Position numbers and translations under genes: made by a program. The notes under the pieces were generated by a model. It was not told where the DNA came from. It worked only from the letters and a program-made list of their open reading frames with translations, and did not search any database. DNA of 64,000 bases from Deinococcales bacterium (GTDB lineage: Bacteria > Deinococcota > Deinococci > Deinococcales > JAAFIG01), in assembly GCA_025352125.1 (NCBI GenBank), contig JANXTZ010000041.1, positions 7,756 through 71,755 of the forward strand. Reading direction: 5' to 3'. Shown in pieces: positions 44,180 to 54,864 of this stretch; the first letter of the stretch is position 1; every line of letters starts with the position of its first letter.

Positions 44180-45979
44180 ATGAGCCTACCCAAACGCAGT
44201 GAAGTCCCAAAAGAAAAAACCTGGAGCGTCGAAACCGTCTTTGCCAACCCAACCGAGTGGCGACAGGCGCTCGAGTCCCTGCCCGCTTCGGCAGGCGAAA
44301 TTGGCAAGTACGCGGGCAGGTTAAACGAATCTGGCACGATTTTATTTGAGGCTCTAGAGCTTCGTGACCGCATCATGATGGAGGCGTACAAGATCAGCAT
44401 GTACGCCAGTTTGCTGGCATCAATCGAAGGCACGAACACCATTTACTCGAGCATGAATGCCGAGATGGCTTCGGCGGGGGCGCAATTGTCTGGGGCGGCG
44501 GCATTTTTTGGTCCAGAATTAATTGCATTTGACGACGCGAAACTCGAGCAATTCATGCGGGACGAACCCAAGCTTGAAATCTATAAGCACTATTTTGACG
44601 AGTTGCGTTCCCAGGGCAAGCATGTGCGCAGCTTTGAGGTCGAAACGCTGCTGGCGCAAGCCAGCGATCCGCTTGGGGCGGTGCATGGCATCTCAAGCGC
44701 GGTGAACGATGCCGACATGAAATTCAAAAGCATTGTGCAGGGTGGGCAAGAAGTTGAGGTCTCTCACTCAAGCGTTGGCGAGTATCTGTCGGACACCAAC
44801 GCCGATTTGCGCCGTGCGGCGTTTGAAGCCTACGCTGACGGTCATCTGGCGTTTCAGAACACGCTGGCGGCAACGTTACAGGGCAGCGTCAAAAGTTATG
44901 TTTTCAGGGCGCGAGCCAGAAATTACGGCTCGAGTTTGGAAATGAGCCTGGCACGAAACCACATTCCATTGCGTGTCTATGAAAACCTGCTCAAGACGTT
45001 TGAAGAATACCAGCCCGTCTGGCACAAGTATTGGCGGCTTCGCAAACAAGCCATGAACGGGGAATTGCGTACCAGCGATGTGCCGATTTACGAATCTCCC
45101 GCGCCGCTCGTGCCAAGCACCAAAGTCACGTTTTTGGAAGCTTCGCATTTGATCATTAAAGGCATGGAACCGCTCGGCGCAGAGTACACCGATCCGATGC
45201 GCAAGGGTTTGCTCGAGCAACGCTGGGTCGATTGGGGTCAGAATCAAGGCAAGGGCGCGGGCGCGTACTCGAGCGGCGCTCAGGGGACGCATCCGTTTAT
45301 TTTTATGAGCTGGACGGACGACCTGTACTCGCTTTCGACCTTGGCACACGAACTTGGGCATTCGATGCACAGCTATTTCAGCAACGCCACCCAACCCGCG
45401 ATTTACACCGAATACAGCATGTTTGTTGCCGAGGTTGCCAGCAATTTCAATCAGGCAATGGTTCGTCACGACCTGTTGAAATCTGCGACCAACAAAACCG
45501 CGAAATTGGCGTTGCTCGAGGAGGCGTTCTCGAATTTTCACCGCTATTTGTTCGTCATGCCGACCCTGGCACAACTCGAGCGTGAAATGTTTGAACGCGT
45601 CGAGCGCGGCGGTTCGATCAACGCACCGTTTTTGAGCGAACGATTGGTCGAATTGTTTTCCGAGGGTTACGGCGGCGCAGTCGAGATTGATACGGTGCGT
45701 TTGGGTGCGTCGTGGATGAATTTCGGGCATTTGTACTCGCCGTTTTATGTCTACCAGTACGCCACAGGCATTGCCGCCGCGAATGCGTTGGCAGCCGATG
45801 TGCTGACAGAGGGCGAACCAGCCGCCAAGCGCTACCTGGATTTCTTGAAAACTGGCAGCTCAAGGTATCCGATAGATGCCCTGAAACAGGCTGGCATTGA
45901 CATGAACAGCTCCGAACCTGTGCAACGCGGTTTTGAAGTGCTTAAAAGTATGGTGGACGAACTCGAGACTGTAATTTAA
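44180..45979 (+). CDS. pepF: Oligoendopeptidase F (M3B)
   Basis: 599 aa with zinc motif LAHELGHSMHSYF and family-typical length and C-terminus. Confidence 0.92.
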   Translation: MSLPKRSEVPKEKTWSVETVFANPTEWRQALESLPASAGEIGKYAGRLNESGTILFEALELRDRIMMEAYKISMYASLLASIEGTNTIYSSMNAEMASAGAQLSGAAAFFGPELIAFDDAKLEQFMRDEPKLEIYKHYFDELRSQGKHVRSFEVETLLAQASDPLGAVHGISSAVNDADMKFKSIVQGGQEVEVSHSSVGEYLSDTNADLRRAAFEAYADGHLAFQNTLAATLQGSVKSYVFRARARNYGSSLEMSLARNHIPLRVYENLLKTFEEYQPVWHKYWRLRKQAMNGELRTSDVPIYESPAPLVPSTKVTFLEASHLIIKGMEPLGAEYTDPMRKGLLEQRWVDWGQNQGKGAGAYSSGAQGTHPFIFMSWTDDLYSLSTLAHELGHSMHSYFSNATQPAIYTEYSMFVAEVASNFNQAMVRHDLLKSATNKTAKLALLEEAFSNFHRYLFVMPTLAQLEREMFERVERGGSINAPFLSERLVELFSEGYGGAVEIDTVRLGASWMNFGHLYSPFYVYQYATGIAAANALAADVLTEGEPAAKRYLDFLKTGSSRYPIDALKQAGIDMNSSEPVQRGFEVLKSMVDELETVI

Positions 45980-46310
45980 ACCTCGAGATTCAAGTCTTGG
46001 AATTTGAGTTTATATTCTGTGTTGACTATCATTAAATTGATGGATTCGAAGTGGAAAATGCACACAAAATTACTTTGACTTAAGTACAAAAAAATTTAAA
46101 ATGATCTGATATAAACGCCAAAATCAGTACATTTTAGACCAAGTTTAGACTTGTTCAACAATGCCGCCCACAGAACAAAAATTCAGTCGATTTTCAGCTC
46201 GTCCCGTTATAATTAGAACTGTGTACAATTTGATGATGGAAGACTTAAAAACCAGCCGTCAAAACGAAAAATGGAAATCGCCAGAGTTCAAAATTTATGA
46301 AGGAGTTACC

Positions 46311-46508
46311 ATGAGCATCAATACAATTGATTCAAACCTCCAAACGCCGCTCTCCGAGCAAAAACCCTATCAAACCCCCAAACTCGAGGTTCACGAAAGA
46401 TACAACGCCTTGACCGCCGGCATCGGGCTTTCCATCGGTTTGGTACAACCATTCCCCTCTTTGTTGGACGATTCCGTTAGCCTCGATCCAAAGGAGCTTG
46501 AGATATGA
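46311..46508 (+). CDS. Small (65 aa) peptide ORF with a RiPP-leader-like motif
   Basis: GAAGGAG lies 6 nt before the ATG at 46311. Sequence: MSINTIDSNLQTPLSEQKPYQTPKLEVHERYNALTAGIGLSIGLVQPFPSLLDDSVSLDPKELEI. Its stop overlaps the next ATG (ATGA). Confidence 0.5.
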   Translation: MSINTIDSNLQTPLSEQKPYQTPKLEVHERYNALTAGIGLSIGLVQPFPSLLDDSVSLDPKELEI

Positions 46509-47707
46509 ATCTCAAAAATGCCTTCTGGATTCTGCCACTTTTCCTGACTATTTCGTGCTCGCAAACGCCAAGCATCAACACCAACGCCGCCGCCTCGAGC
46601 AACATTATTGGCACGGTTTCACTGGGTATTGGTTCTGACGCTGGAAGCTCGAGCGTCCATTTTTCACCCCGTGCTGCCGTGGCAGATACTGCCGTAACGT
46701 TTGGCACACCAACTTTTGTGGATTTTGTTTACGCAACCAGCGGCGACCGTTACCTTAGCGCGACTTTCCCAGTGACCGCAAATATCCCTTTCAGCAATTT
46801 AACCTTGCACGCTTACAACAAAGTTGGTTCTGGCATCGGTGGAACAGCCATCGAAAACATGATCAATTTTAGTGGGGGAGCACCCACCAGCAACGCCCAA
46901 AGCCTGCTGCCAATCCATAAAACCGACGCAGGAATTCTGAACCCAACCATTGACATTACCAAAGCAGACTTTCAGGGATTTACCCTGGATGAAATAGCTC
47001 AAGTCACCACCGAAGCAAATAACCTTATTCCCAAGACCATCGCCGCAGGCGACACCATCTTGCAATACGGCTTCGTAGCTCGCAACAGCACCAATGGTCG
47101 GGTCTTCGTTGCAGGCGGTACAGGCACCATCACCATTGCCTACAAACTTCCAAATGCAAACGTCAGCGCTGCCTACAAATTCAAAGCAGACTTTGTGATC
47201 GCAGATGATACCAACACCCGAGTCACCCGTGGTCTTGGTGACACAACCACAAATGCCAACGCTCGAGCAACGACAATCAGCGCTGATGACGTGTACTTGG
47301 CTGGCGCCGACGCCGACGTTGCCAGTGTGGCGTTCACAACAACTCGAGTTTGGAACTTGCTGACCAGCACAACTTCCGTCTGTTTGCTCAGCATTTCATG
47401 CGATATCAACCCCGTTGTGGATATCAGCGCCAACAGTACAACCGCCAAAGTTGGCGTCAATTACCCGCTGAACGTCACTTACAGGGCAGCCGCCGGTACA
47501 TCCGTTACAGACATTACAGTTGACTGGGGCGATGGAACTGCTGCTGATTCGTTCACTGGCGTCACATTGACAACAACGCCCATTGCTGCCACCCACACTT
47601 TCACTGTCGCCACCCCCGCTGGAACTCCTAACACCGTTAGTGTTGATTTAACCGACTCAACCACGACGACCACATCAACCACTTTGGATGTTGACGTACT
47701 ACCGTAA
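46505..47707 (+). CDS. Lipoprotein with a C-terminal PKD-like domain
   Basis: Lipobox LFLTISC and the PKD-type motif ITVDWGDGTAADSF. Thr/Ala/Asn-rich. Confidence 0.7.
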   Translation: MNLKNAFWILPLFLTISCSQTPSINTNAAASSNIIGTVSLGIGSDAGSSSVHFSPRAAVADTAVTFGTPTFVDFVYATSGDRYLSATFPVTANIPFSNLTLHAYNKVGSGIGGTAIENMINFSGGAPTSNAQSLLPIHKTDAGILNPTIDITKADFQGFTLDEIAQVTTEANNLIPKTIAAGDTILQYGFVARNSTNGRVFVAGGTGTITIAYKLPNANVSAAYKFKADFVIADDTNTRVTRGLGDTTTNANARATTISADDVYLAGADADVASVAFTTTRVWNLLTSTTSVCLLSISCDINPVVDISANSTTAKVGVNYPLNVTYRAAAGTSVTDITVDWGDGTAADSFTGVTLTTTPIAATHTFTVATPAGTPNTVSVDLTDSTTTTTSTTLDVDVLP

Positions 47708-47739
47708 CCTTTTGATATCCACATCAACATGTGAACAGC

Positions 47740-47780
47740 AATCTCGAGAGACATTTGATCGTCTCTCGAGATTTTTTTTA
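47740..47780 (+). terminator. Rho-independent terminator
   Basis: AATCTCGAGAGAC-atttgatc-GTCTCTCGAGATT followed by a T-run (8 consecutive T including the last stem base). Both arms contain CTCGAG. Confidence 0.85.
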
Positions 47781-47837
47781 TGACAAATTAAAATTAGAAT
47801 AAATCTCGAAATTGAGTATGACTTTGAATCTCGAGTT

Positions 47838-48980
47838 TTACTGCCAATCGTTTGGTCGGTTATTCAAACCAAGTTTCCACGCCACCGCCTCCGCCACGCG
47901 TTTCGAGGCGTACCCATCGCCGTAAGGGTTGGGTTTGCCGCGCATTGCGTTTAACGCCTCATCGCTCGAGAGCAGTTCATTGACCGTATTGAACACGCCC
48001 TCACCTGTTGTTCCAGCCAGTTTCAGGACGCCGGCCACCAAACCCTCTGGGCGCTCGGTGACGTTACGAAGCACCACCACAGGCACGCCAAGCGTCGCGC
48101 CGCTCTCCTGCACCCCACCAGAATCCGTGACCAGCAAACTCGAGCGAGCCATCAGCGCCGCCATCGCGCCAAACTCGAGCGGCTCGAGCAAACTGAAATT
48201 CGGGATGTTCTCGAGTTCGGGGTAAATCGCCTCGCGCACGGCAGGGTTGAGATGCACCGGAATCACAAAATGCGTGTCTAAGTGCAGGTTCGCAACTCGA
48301 GCCAAAGCGGCAGCGAGTTCGCGCATCACGGGCAGGTTCTCGCGGCGGTGCATGGTCACGGTCACGATGCGTTTCCCTGCTGGGAGTTCGGGTGCAACAC
48401 CTCGAGTGCTGGCGTACAACACCGCATCAACTTCGGTTTGACCCGTCACAACCACGCTCGAACTTGATTTTCCGTCTCGGTACAAATTCTCGGCTGATCC
48501 CCTGGTTGGCGGCAAATCCAGATCGGTGATGACGCTGGTCAGTTTGCGGTTGGCTTCCTCTGGAAAGGGTTCGCGTAGACTGCCCGAACGAAGTCCCGCC
48601 TCGACGTGCGCGACAGGAATCTGCTCGAAGAATGCTGCCAGTGCCACCGCAAAAGAGGTCAGCGTATCGCCGTGAACCAGCACGTAATCTGCCTTCAATT
48701 CGCGTAATTTATCGGCTGCGGCGGGAACAATTTTGCCCATCAAACCTGGCAGGGTTTGCCGCTCGGTCATGACCTGCAAATCATCGTCGGGCACGATGCC
48801 AAAAATTTTAAGACCATCTTCAACCTGCTGACGTTGCTGCCCCGTGCTCAGGACTTTCACCTCGAGCAAGGGATTTTCACGCAACTCCAATATCACCGGA
48901 GCCATCTTGATTGCCTCAGGACGCGTTCCAAACGCCACCACCACACGTTTTAACTGGCTAATAACTTCACACTCCCTCAA
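47838..48980 (-). CDS. wecB: UDP-N-acetylglucosamine 2-epimerase (non-hydrolysing)
   Basis: [17 protein letters not shown]...[11 protein letters not shown]...[10 protein letters not shown]... Confidence 0.9.
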   Translation of the reverse strand: MRECEVISQLKRVVVAFGTRPEAIKMAPVILELRENPLLEVKVLSTGQQRQQVEDGLKIFGIVPDDDLQVMTERQTLPGLMGKIVPAAADKLRELKADYVLVHGDTLTSFAVALAAFFEQIPVAHVEAGLRSGSLREPFPEEANRKLTSVITDLDLPPTRGSAENLYRDGKSSSSVVVTGQTEVDAVLYASTRGVAPELPAGKRIVTVTMHRRENLPVMRELAAALARVANLHLDTHFVIPVHLNPAVREAIYPELENIPNFSLLEPLEFGAMAALMARSSLLVTDSGGVQESGATLGVPVVVLRNVTERPEGLVAGVLKLAGTTGEGVFNTVNELLSSDEALNAMRGKPNPYGDGYASKRVAEAVAWKLGLNNRPNDWQ

Positions 48981-48989
48981 CGCTCGAGT

Positions 48990-50090
48990 TTAAGAATTTG
49001 GGTTGGCGAGCGCTTTTTTTGCCTCGAGCTTGACTTCACGAAGCCGCACCTGCGCGACAAACGCCAGCATCACAACCACACCAACAACGGTGGTGATGAT
49101 CAACACGGCTCGAGCGTGTTGCAAAATCATACCCAGCACATTTAACGCCAGCGTCGCGCCCCACAAAATCAGCACGCTGCGGCGCTGGTCAAAACCACGT
49201 TTCAAGAGCAAATGATGCAAATGGTCTTTGCCTGGAGTGTCAGGACGCACCCCGCGCATCAGGCGTTTTACCACCACTTGGGTCGTGTCGATAATTGGAA
49301 CGAGCAAAATAACCACGGGCGCAAGCAAACTGGCAAACGCCGCAATTTTCACCGTGCCCAAAACGGACACGGCTGCCAGCGTGTAACCAATAAAAGTCGC
49401 ACCGGCATCGCCGAGAATGATTCTGGAAGGGTTAAAGTTGTGACGCAAAAATCCCAGACACGCACCAGCAAGTGCCGCCAGAATCAGGGTCGCGGCGGCT
49501 CGAGAAGAAAATTGGGCGCTGAGGGCAAGCAGGCAAATAGAACTGATAAAGCCCAAACCGCCAACATTGCCATCGATACCATCTAAAAGATTGACTGCGT
49601 TGGTGATGCCAACCACCCAGAACAAAGTCAGTGCCATGTCCGCCCAGACTGGCAAAAAAGAAATATCGATGCGGATGCCGTTGACGACCAACAACCCCGC
49701 GCACAAAAATTGAACCCCAAGCCTGAAGACGCTCGGCAACTCGAATTGATCGTCGATAAAACCGATCAACACCAGAATTGCCCCGCCCAAAATGATCGCC
49801 AGGACTTGAACGTTGACCGTTGCCAAAATCAGGGGCTTGAGCGCGATTGCCACAATAAGCGCCGCAATCACACCTGCAAACACACTCAAGCCACCCAAGT
49901 TCGGCAGAATTTCCTTGTTCAAACGCCGTTCGTTGGGTTTATCGCCCAAACTTTTTTCCACCGCATAATCTCGCACCCTGGGCACAAAAAACCAAGTCAC
50001 CAAAATTGCCGTCAAAAAAATCGACGTCACGGGCAACAACCCAACCTCGAGCGCCCCAGACACGCCCAGCATTTTTAAGAACTCAGTCAC
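48990..50090 (-). CDS. Glycosyltransferase family 4 (MraY/WecA/TagO-type undecaprenyl-phosphate HexNAc-1-P transferase)
   Basis: 366 aa, about 10 TM, with NAVNLLDGIDG. Confidence 0.88.
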   Translation of the reverse strand: MTEFLKMLGVSGALEVGLLPVTSIFLTAILVTWFFVPRVRDYAVEKSLGDKPNERRLNKEILPNLGGLSVFAGVIAALIVAIALKPLILATVNVQVLAIILGGAILVLIGFIDDQFELPSVFRLGVQFLCAGLLVVNGIRIDISFLPVWADMALTLFWVVGITNAVNLLDGIDGNVGGLGFISSICLLALSAQFSSRAAATLILAALAGACLGFLRHNFNPSRIILGDAGATFIGYTLAAVSVLGTVKIAAFASLLAPVVILLVPIIDTTQVVVKRLMRGVRPDTPGKDHLHHLLLKRGFDQRRSVLILWGATLALNVLGMILQHARAVLIITTVVGVVVMLAFVAQVRLREVKLEAKKALANPNS

Positions 50091-50136
50091 GCCGTAATTC
50101 TACTCGAGATCATGAGGGAAGTTCTCACGGTGCGCT

Positions 50137-50763
50137 TTATTTGGTTCCGTAAATCCGGTCGCCCGCATCGCCAAGCCCAGGCACGATGTACGCGTGGTCA
50201 TTCAGGTGCGAGTCGAGCGCCGCCACCACAATCTCGACATCTGGATGTGCCTGTTGAACTCGAGCCACCCCCTCTGGTGCGGCAATGATATTAAGGAGTT
50301 TGATGTTTGACGCACCTGCCTTTTTCAGTTCCGCAATGGCGTCCACCGCGCTGCCGCCCGTGGCAAGCATCGGGTCAACAATGAACACGCGACGTTCCGA
50401 AATGTCGCTCGGGAGCTTGGCGTAATAGCGCACCGGTTGTTTGGTCACAGGATCGCGGTACGTGCCGATATGCCCGACCTTGGCGGCAGGTACGAGCTTT
50501 AAAATGCCGTCCACCATAATCAAACCCGCCCGAAGAATGCCAACCAACGCCAGTTTCTTGCCCGATAGCATTTTGACGGTCGCGCCCTGAACTGGCGTGG
50601 TGATTTCCACATCCTCGAGTTCCAAATCGCGCATGGCTTCAAACGCCATGAGCATGGTGATTTCGGTCACGAGTTCACGAAAATCCTTGCTGCCCGTGCG
50701 TTCATCACGAACGAGCGCGAGTTTGTGTTGGACGAGGGGATGGTTGATGACGGTCAGGCTCAT
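50137..50763 (-). CDS. upp: Uracil phosphoribosyltransferase
   Basis: 208 aa: ...[27 protein letters not shown]...[13 protein letters not shown]. Confidence 0.95.
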   Translation of the reverse strand: MSLTVINHPLVQHKLALVRDERTGSKDFRELVTEITMLMAFEAMRDLELEDVEITTPVQGATVKMLSGKKLALVGILRAGLIMVDGILKLVPAAKVGHIGTYRDPVTKQPVRYYAKLPSDISERRVFIVDPMLATGGSAVDAIAELKKAGASNIKLLNIIAAPEGVARVQQAHPDVEIVVAALDSHLNDHAYIVPGLGDAGDRIYGTK

Positions 50764-50904
50764 GACATGAGGCTAACACGAAAACCAAGACGAAACGACA
50801 GACTGCGATGTCAAGGCTTTTTGATTTCCAGCAAAAGGGTGAACACGAGGTTTATCCCTACAGGACAGCATTTTTTGAGAAAACTTGAGAATGATGTTGA
50901 GAAT

Positions 50905-51732
50905 TCAAACCATCTCGAGCATCAACAACGCCCGTTTCAATTTCTCTTCAAAATTACTGTGATAGGCAGCTTCATCACGCTCGAGAAACCAGTAGAGATC
51001 GTGCAACGTGGTCAGGGCAACTTGGGCTGGAAGTCTGGAAGCCACACTTTCAGACTCGGCGGTTGCCAGCTCGAGGGCGTATTTGACCGCAATTTCGGGC
51101 TTTAGCGTGTCAAAAGTTCCAGTCATCAAAAGCGCGTAATCTCTGGCAGGATCGTCCCAGGTGCTTTTTGCCCAATCCACAATTAGAACGTTGTCTGGTG
51201 CAGCGAACAAGACATTGGCGTGCCACAAGTCAAGGTGACATAAACCGGCGACACCATCAAAAACCGAATTCTCGAGCGCATTGTGAACGGTCTGAAAAAG
51301 TGGCTCGAGTTGAGATCGCTCAGCCACAGTGTCCAAAGTGCCATGAAACCGCTCGAGACGGGTTTGAATCGCGGATTGATTGATCGGGTTCGCCATGTGA
51401 CCATGCAATTCGCGCAAGAATTTCCCAAGGTTTGGTAGCGCGGCAACCACGTCAACGGATTGCAACGGTGCACCGTGAAACCGCCGCATGACCAGCACAT
51501 CCCAACCCTCGAGTTCAAACGTGCCGAGCACAAACGCGCCGAGCCCCGCCCGTGCCATGTGTGCCGCCTCGAGTTTGTGCATTCCCGTGCTTTTTCGGTA
51601 GACCTTGACCACTGAATCCCGAGATACAGACAGGTAGACCCTCGAGTGAAAACCGCCACCCAAACGGGTTAACGCCCCAAGATGGTCTTCGAGTTCTTGT
51701 TCGATTCGGTCACTGACGCGCACACCGCGCAT
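50905..51732 (-). CDS. Aminoglycoside phosphotransferase-like (APH/ChoK family) kinase
   Basis: CHLDLWHANVLF (HxDxxxxN) and LIVDWAKS. Confidence 0.7.
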   Translation of the reverse strand: MRGVRVSDRIEQELEDHLGALTRLGGGFHSRVYLSVSRDSVVKVYRKSTGMHKLEAAHMARAGLGAFVLGTFELEGWDVLVMRRFHGAPLQSVDVVAALPNLGKFLRELHGHMANPINQSAIQTRLERFHGTLDTVAERSQLEPLFQTVHNALENSVFDGVAGLCHLDLWHANVLFAAPDNVLIVDWAKSTWDDPARDYALLMTGTFDTLKPEIAVKYALELATAESESVASRLPAQVALTTLHDLYWFLERDEAAYHSNFEEKLKRALLMLEMV

Positions 51733-51896
51733 CTTAACCCGAGCGCAGCATTCGATAATAGTTTATCAAATTTGTAATTTACACGACGCTCGAAACGTCC
51801 CAAATGAAGCATGATAACATTGACTTTGAAACTGGCAACAACCACTCAACCTCGAGACTCTCGAGTCACACGCGCAAGTCACACGGAGGAAATAAC

Positions 51897-52751
51897 ATGT
51901 CATACGTTCATCCCGAAGTTCTGGTCAGCACCGATTGGGTACTCGAGCATCACAACAATGCAAACATCAAACTGATCGAAGTCAACGAGGATTTCTTGCT
52001 TTTTGAGCAAGCCCACATTCCAGGCGCGGTCAAAATGGACTGGCACACCAATTTGCAACGCGACGACATCCGCGACTTTATCGACGAAAAAGCCTTCGCC
52101 GCCCTCGTCTCGAGCCTCGGCATCAGCAACGACGACACCGTGATTTTCTACGGCGACAAGAACAACTGGTGGGCGTGCTACGCCTTCTGGTTCTTCAAGT
52201 ACAACGGACACAAGGACGCTCGCGTCATGAACGGCGGACGTGCCAAATGGATGGCGGACGGCAAACCAACCACCACCGAAGTGGTGACTTATCCCACAGG
52301 CAAATACGTTGTCCCGTACCGCGATGCCAGCATCCGCGCCTTCTCGCTGGATGTATTAAAGCACCTGGTCGATGTCAACCGAGGCACGGGCGCGCTGGTG
52401 GACGTGCGCAGCCCCGACGAATTCAGCGGCAAAGTCACCCACATGCCCAACTACCCACAAGAAGGCGCACTGCGCGGCGGACACATTCCAGGCGCTCAGA
52501 GCATCCCGTGGTCACAAGCCGCCAACGAAGACGGCACGTTCAAAAGCTTTGACGAACTGACCGCGTTGTACGCTGGAAAAAACGTCACGCCAGACAAAGA
52601 CGTGATCGCCTACTGCCGCATTGCCGAACGCTCGAGCCACACCTGGTTTGTGCTGAAATACTTGCTCGGGTTTGAGAACGTGCGCAATTACGATGGAAGC
52701 TGGACGGAGTGGGGCAATATTGTTGGTGTGCCAATCGAAAAGAACGTGTAA
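51897..52751 (+). CDS. sseA: Thiosulfate/3-mercaptopyruvate sulfurtransferase (tandem rhodanese)
   Basis: I place the start at ATG 51897 (GGAGG upstream). [18 protein letters not shown]...HIPGA...[17 protein letters not shown] (active-site Cys loop). Confidence 0.88.
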   Translation: MSYVHPEVLVSTDWVLEHHNNANIKLIEVNEDFLLFEQAHIPGAVKMDWHTNLQRDDIRDFIDEKAFAALVSSLGISNDDTVIFYGDKNNWWACYAFWFFKYNGHKDARVMNGGRAKWMADGKPTTTEVVTYPTGKYVVPYRDASIRAFSLDVLKHLVDVNRGTGALVDVRSPDEFSGKVTHMPNYPQEGALRGGHIPGAQSIPWSQAANEDGTFKSFDELTALYAGKNVTPDKDVIAYCRIAERSSHTWFVLKYLLGFENVRNYDGSWTEWGNIVGVPIEKNV

Positions 52752-52769
52752 GGAAAAGCAATTGGCAAG

Positions 52770-52799
52770 GACGGGAAGAAAACCTCTTCCCGTCTTTTT
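52770..52799 (+). terminator. Rho-independent terminator
   Basis: GACGGGAAGA-aaacc-TCTTCCCGTC followed by TTTTT. Confidence 0.8.
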
Positions 52800-52849
52800 G
52801 ATGCTCGAGATTCAATCGAAATCTCGAGAAACTGATTTAGAATCGGTTT

Positions 52850-53194
52850 GTGAACCTTGAAGCTCGAGTTGTGATTGCTTCCGAAGTGAATCTCCGCATC
52901 CTGTCAATTCGTGATGTGTCCGATGCGTTGGGCGCGGTTTATGGTGCAAGTGGTTTGTTGCTAACCGAAACCGAACTTTCACCAGAATTCTTTGATCTGC
53001 GTTCAGGAATTGCCGGAGAACTTTTTCAGAAATTCACCAACTATCAAATTCTCCTGGCAATTGTGGTGAACAATCTCGAGGTGTACGGCGAACGTTTTGG
53101 CGAACTGGCTTTCGAGCACCGAAACCACAAATTGATTCGCTTTTTTGATAATCTCGAAACTGCCAAATTGTGGCTTTTGAACCAAGCGAGTTAA
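52850..53194 (+). CDS. DUF4180-like protein
   Basis: 114 aa with a GTG start. ...PEFFDLRSGIAGELFQKFTNYQILLAIVV... matches my recollection of DUF4180. Confidence 0.65.
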   Translation: MNLEARVVIASEVNLRILSIRDVSDALGAVYGASGLLLTETELSPEFFDLRSGIAGELFQKFTNYQILLAIVVNNLEVYGERFGELAFEHRNHKLIRFFDNLETAKLWLLNQAS

Positions 53195-54864
53195 ACTTTT
53201 TTTGAAGCTCGAGTTTGGGTAAAAAACCTAGAGACCAAAGCACTGGATTGTTTCTCGAGCACTCCAGTTCTGACCTCAATTCGGTGTGACCAAGCGGCTC
53301 GGGTGGCATCCATTACACCACCCATTGCGCCGTTTTTACTCGAGTTTGCCCCAAACACCACGCGTTTCACCCGCGCCTCGAGAATTGCGCCCAAACACAT
53401 CAGGCACGGCTCGAGCGTCACGACCAAAGTGCATTCGGTTAAGTACGGCGTCTCGAGTTTTTGGCTTGCGTTTCTGATGACTTCAAGTTCGGCATGTCGG
53501 GTCATGTCGGAAAGCGCGAAGCTACGATTGCGTCCAACGCCGACGACCTCTCCTCGATACAAGATGACCGCACCAACTGGAACTTCACCCGCTTCAAAGG
53601 CTTCCTGCGCAAGCCCGAGCGCGTGTTTCATGGCGTCAATTTCAATATCTCGAGTCACACCAATTCGCACGTCAAGAATGGGCGGCTCGAGTCCAACATA
53701 AAGCACTTGTGAACCTTGCGCGACAACGGAAATGCTGTCACGGGTTTCTCGGGGAATTTTTTTGTCGATCAAAACGTCCGAAAGTTTTCGGGTTCCGCCA
53801 GAAAGTTGAATCTTATCTCCTGCGGCTCGGGTTCGCTGTATGGCGTTTGGGAACCTCGAGAAATCCAGGTTGCGAGGTTCTGTAGGGGTGAACACAAGGT
53901 TCACCCTTGTCACGAGATCGGTACGCACGTCTGAATTCGCAACTTTTAAAACTTCAAGTTTGCCGTTTTGCACAACGCCAACATGATCTTTTGGGAGTGA
54001 AACTCGAGTCACAACAGGATTCTCGAGTTTGCTGCGAATCTCTTCCAAGTGCGCGAAAGCAGCGTTTAAACCAGCATTCTCGAGTTGACGCCGAATTTGA
54101 CGGCGTTGCAAAACTTTTGGTTCGAGCGCCAGATTCGCCCAGGTTGGAATTTTTGCGGTCATTTCCTCGAGAAACGCATCTTCGTCTCGAGCCAAAGTGC
54201 CGTACCGTGCGAGTGATTCGGCGGTTTTGGGAAAGCGCTCGAGAAGTTTGGGCATGACCTCGAGACGAATCCAATTGCGGGTGTACGTCGGGTCGGTGTT
54301 GCTCGAGTCTTCGCGCCAGGTAAGACCGCGTTCAAGCAGATATTGCTCAAGCTCAAATTTTGAAATCTCGAGCAATGGGCGCAAAATCAAACCGCGTCGC
54401 AGGGGAATTCCTGTCGCTCGAGCCGTGCCGCGTAGGAGTTGCATCAAAACCGTTTCGGCGTTGTCCTCGAGATGGTGCGCTGTCAGAATGGCGCTCGAGT
54501 TTGTTTCCTTGGCAATCCGCGTCAAGAATTCGTATCTAATTTTTCGTGCGGCTTCCTCGAGACTCCAACCACGTTTGACCGCAATTTCTAGGATGTTCAC
54601 GCGTTCAGAAAAAAGCTGTACCTCGAGCTTTAGGCATGTCTCACAAACGAAATCCGCATCGAGACTCGAGTCTTCTCGAATTCCGTGATCCAAGTGCGCG
54701 ACTGAAAACGGAATGCCAACCTCGAGCATCAAATAAAGCAGAGCCATCGAATCTCGTCCACCAGAAACCGCCAGCAGCACAGCCACCAGCCCTATTTTTG
54801 GCTTTTGGTTTGCCAATTCCTCGAGTTTGGTTTTGATTTGATCTGCAAGCTTCACGCCTTGCAT
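53191..54864 (-). CDS. tilS: Bifunctional tRNA(Ile)-lysidine synthase TilS / tRNA adenosine(34) deaminase TadA fusion
   Basis: The N-terminus has the PP-loop LLAVSGGRDSMALL. The C-terminus has the CDA fold HAELEVIRNA...TLEPCLMCLGAI. I place the start at ATG 54864, because the longer track ORF overlaps the divergent hydrolase gene. Confidence 0.85.
   Translation of the reverse strand: MQGVKLADQIKTKLEELANQKPKIGLVAVLLAVSGGRDSMALLYLMLEVGIPFSVAHLDHGIREDSSLDADFVCETCLKLEVQLFSERVNILEIAVKRGWSLEEAARKIRYEFLTRIAKETNSSAILTAHHLEDNAETVLMQLLRGTARATGIPLRRGLILRPLLEISKFELEQYLLERGLTWREDSSNTDPTYTRNWIRLEVMPKLLERFPKTAESLARYGTLARDEDAFLEEMTAKIPTWANLALEPKVLQRRQIRRQLENAGLNAAFAHLEEIRSKLENPVVTRVSLPKDHVGVVQNGKLEVLKVANSDVRTDLVTRVNLVFTPTEPRNLDFSRFPNAIQRTRAAGDKIQLSGGTRKLSDVLIDKKIPRETRDSISVVAQGSQVLYVGLEPPILDVRIGVTRDIEIDAMKHALGLAQEAFEAGEVPVGAVILYRGEVVGVGRNRSFALSDMTRHAELEVIRNASQKLETPYLTECTLVVTLEPCLMCLGAILEARVKRVVFGANSSKNGAMGGVMDATRAAWSHRIEVRTGVLEKQSSALVSRFFTQTRASKKV

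Noticed and set aside
46311-46508. A classical lasso-peptide gene cluster.
   Set aside because: The putative core has no Asp or Glu at positions 7-9 for macrolactam formation. There is no cyclase, leader peptidase or RRE gene within the flanking 10 kb. Only the leader-like motif is retained, as a finding.
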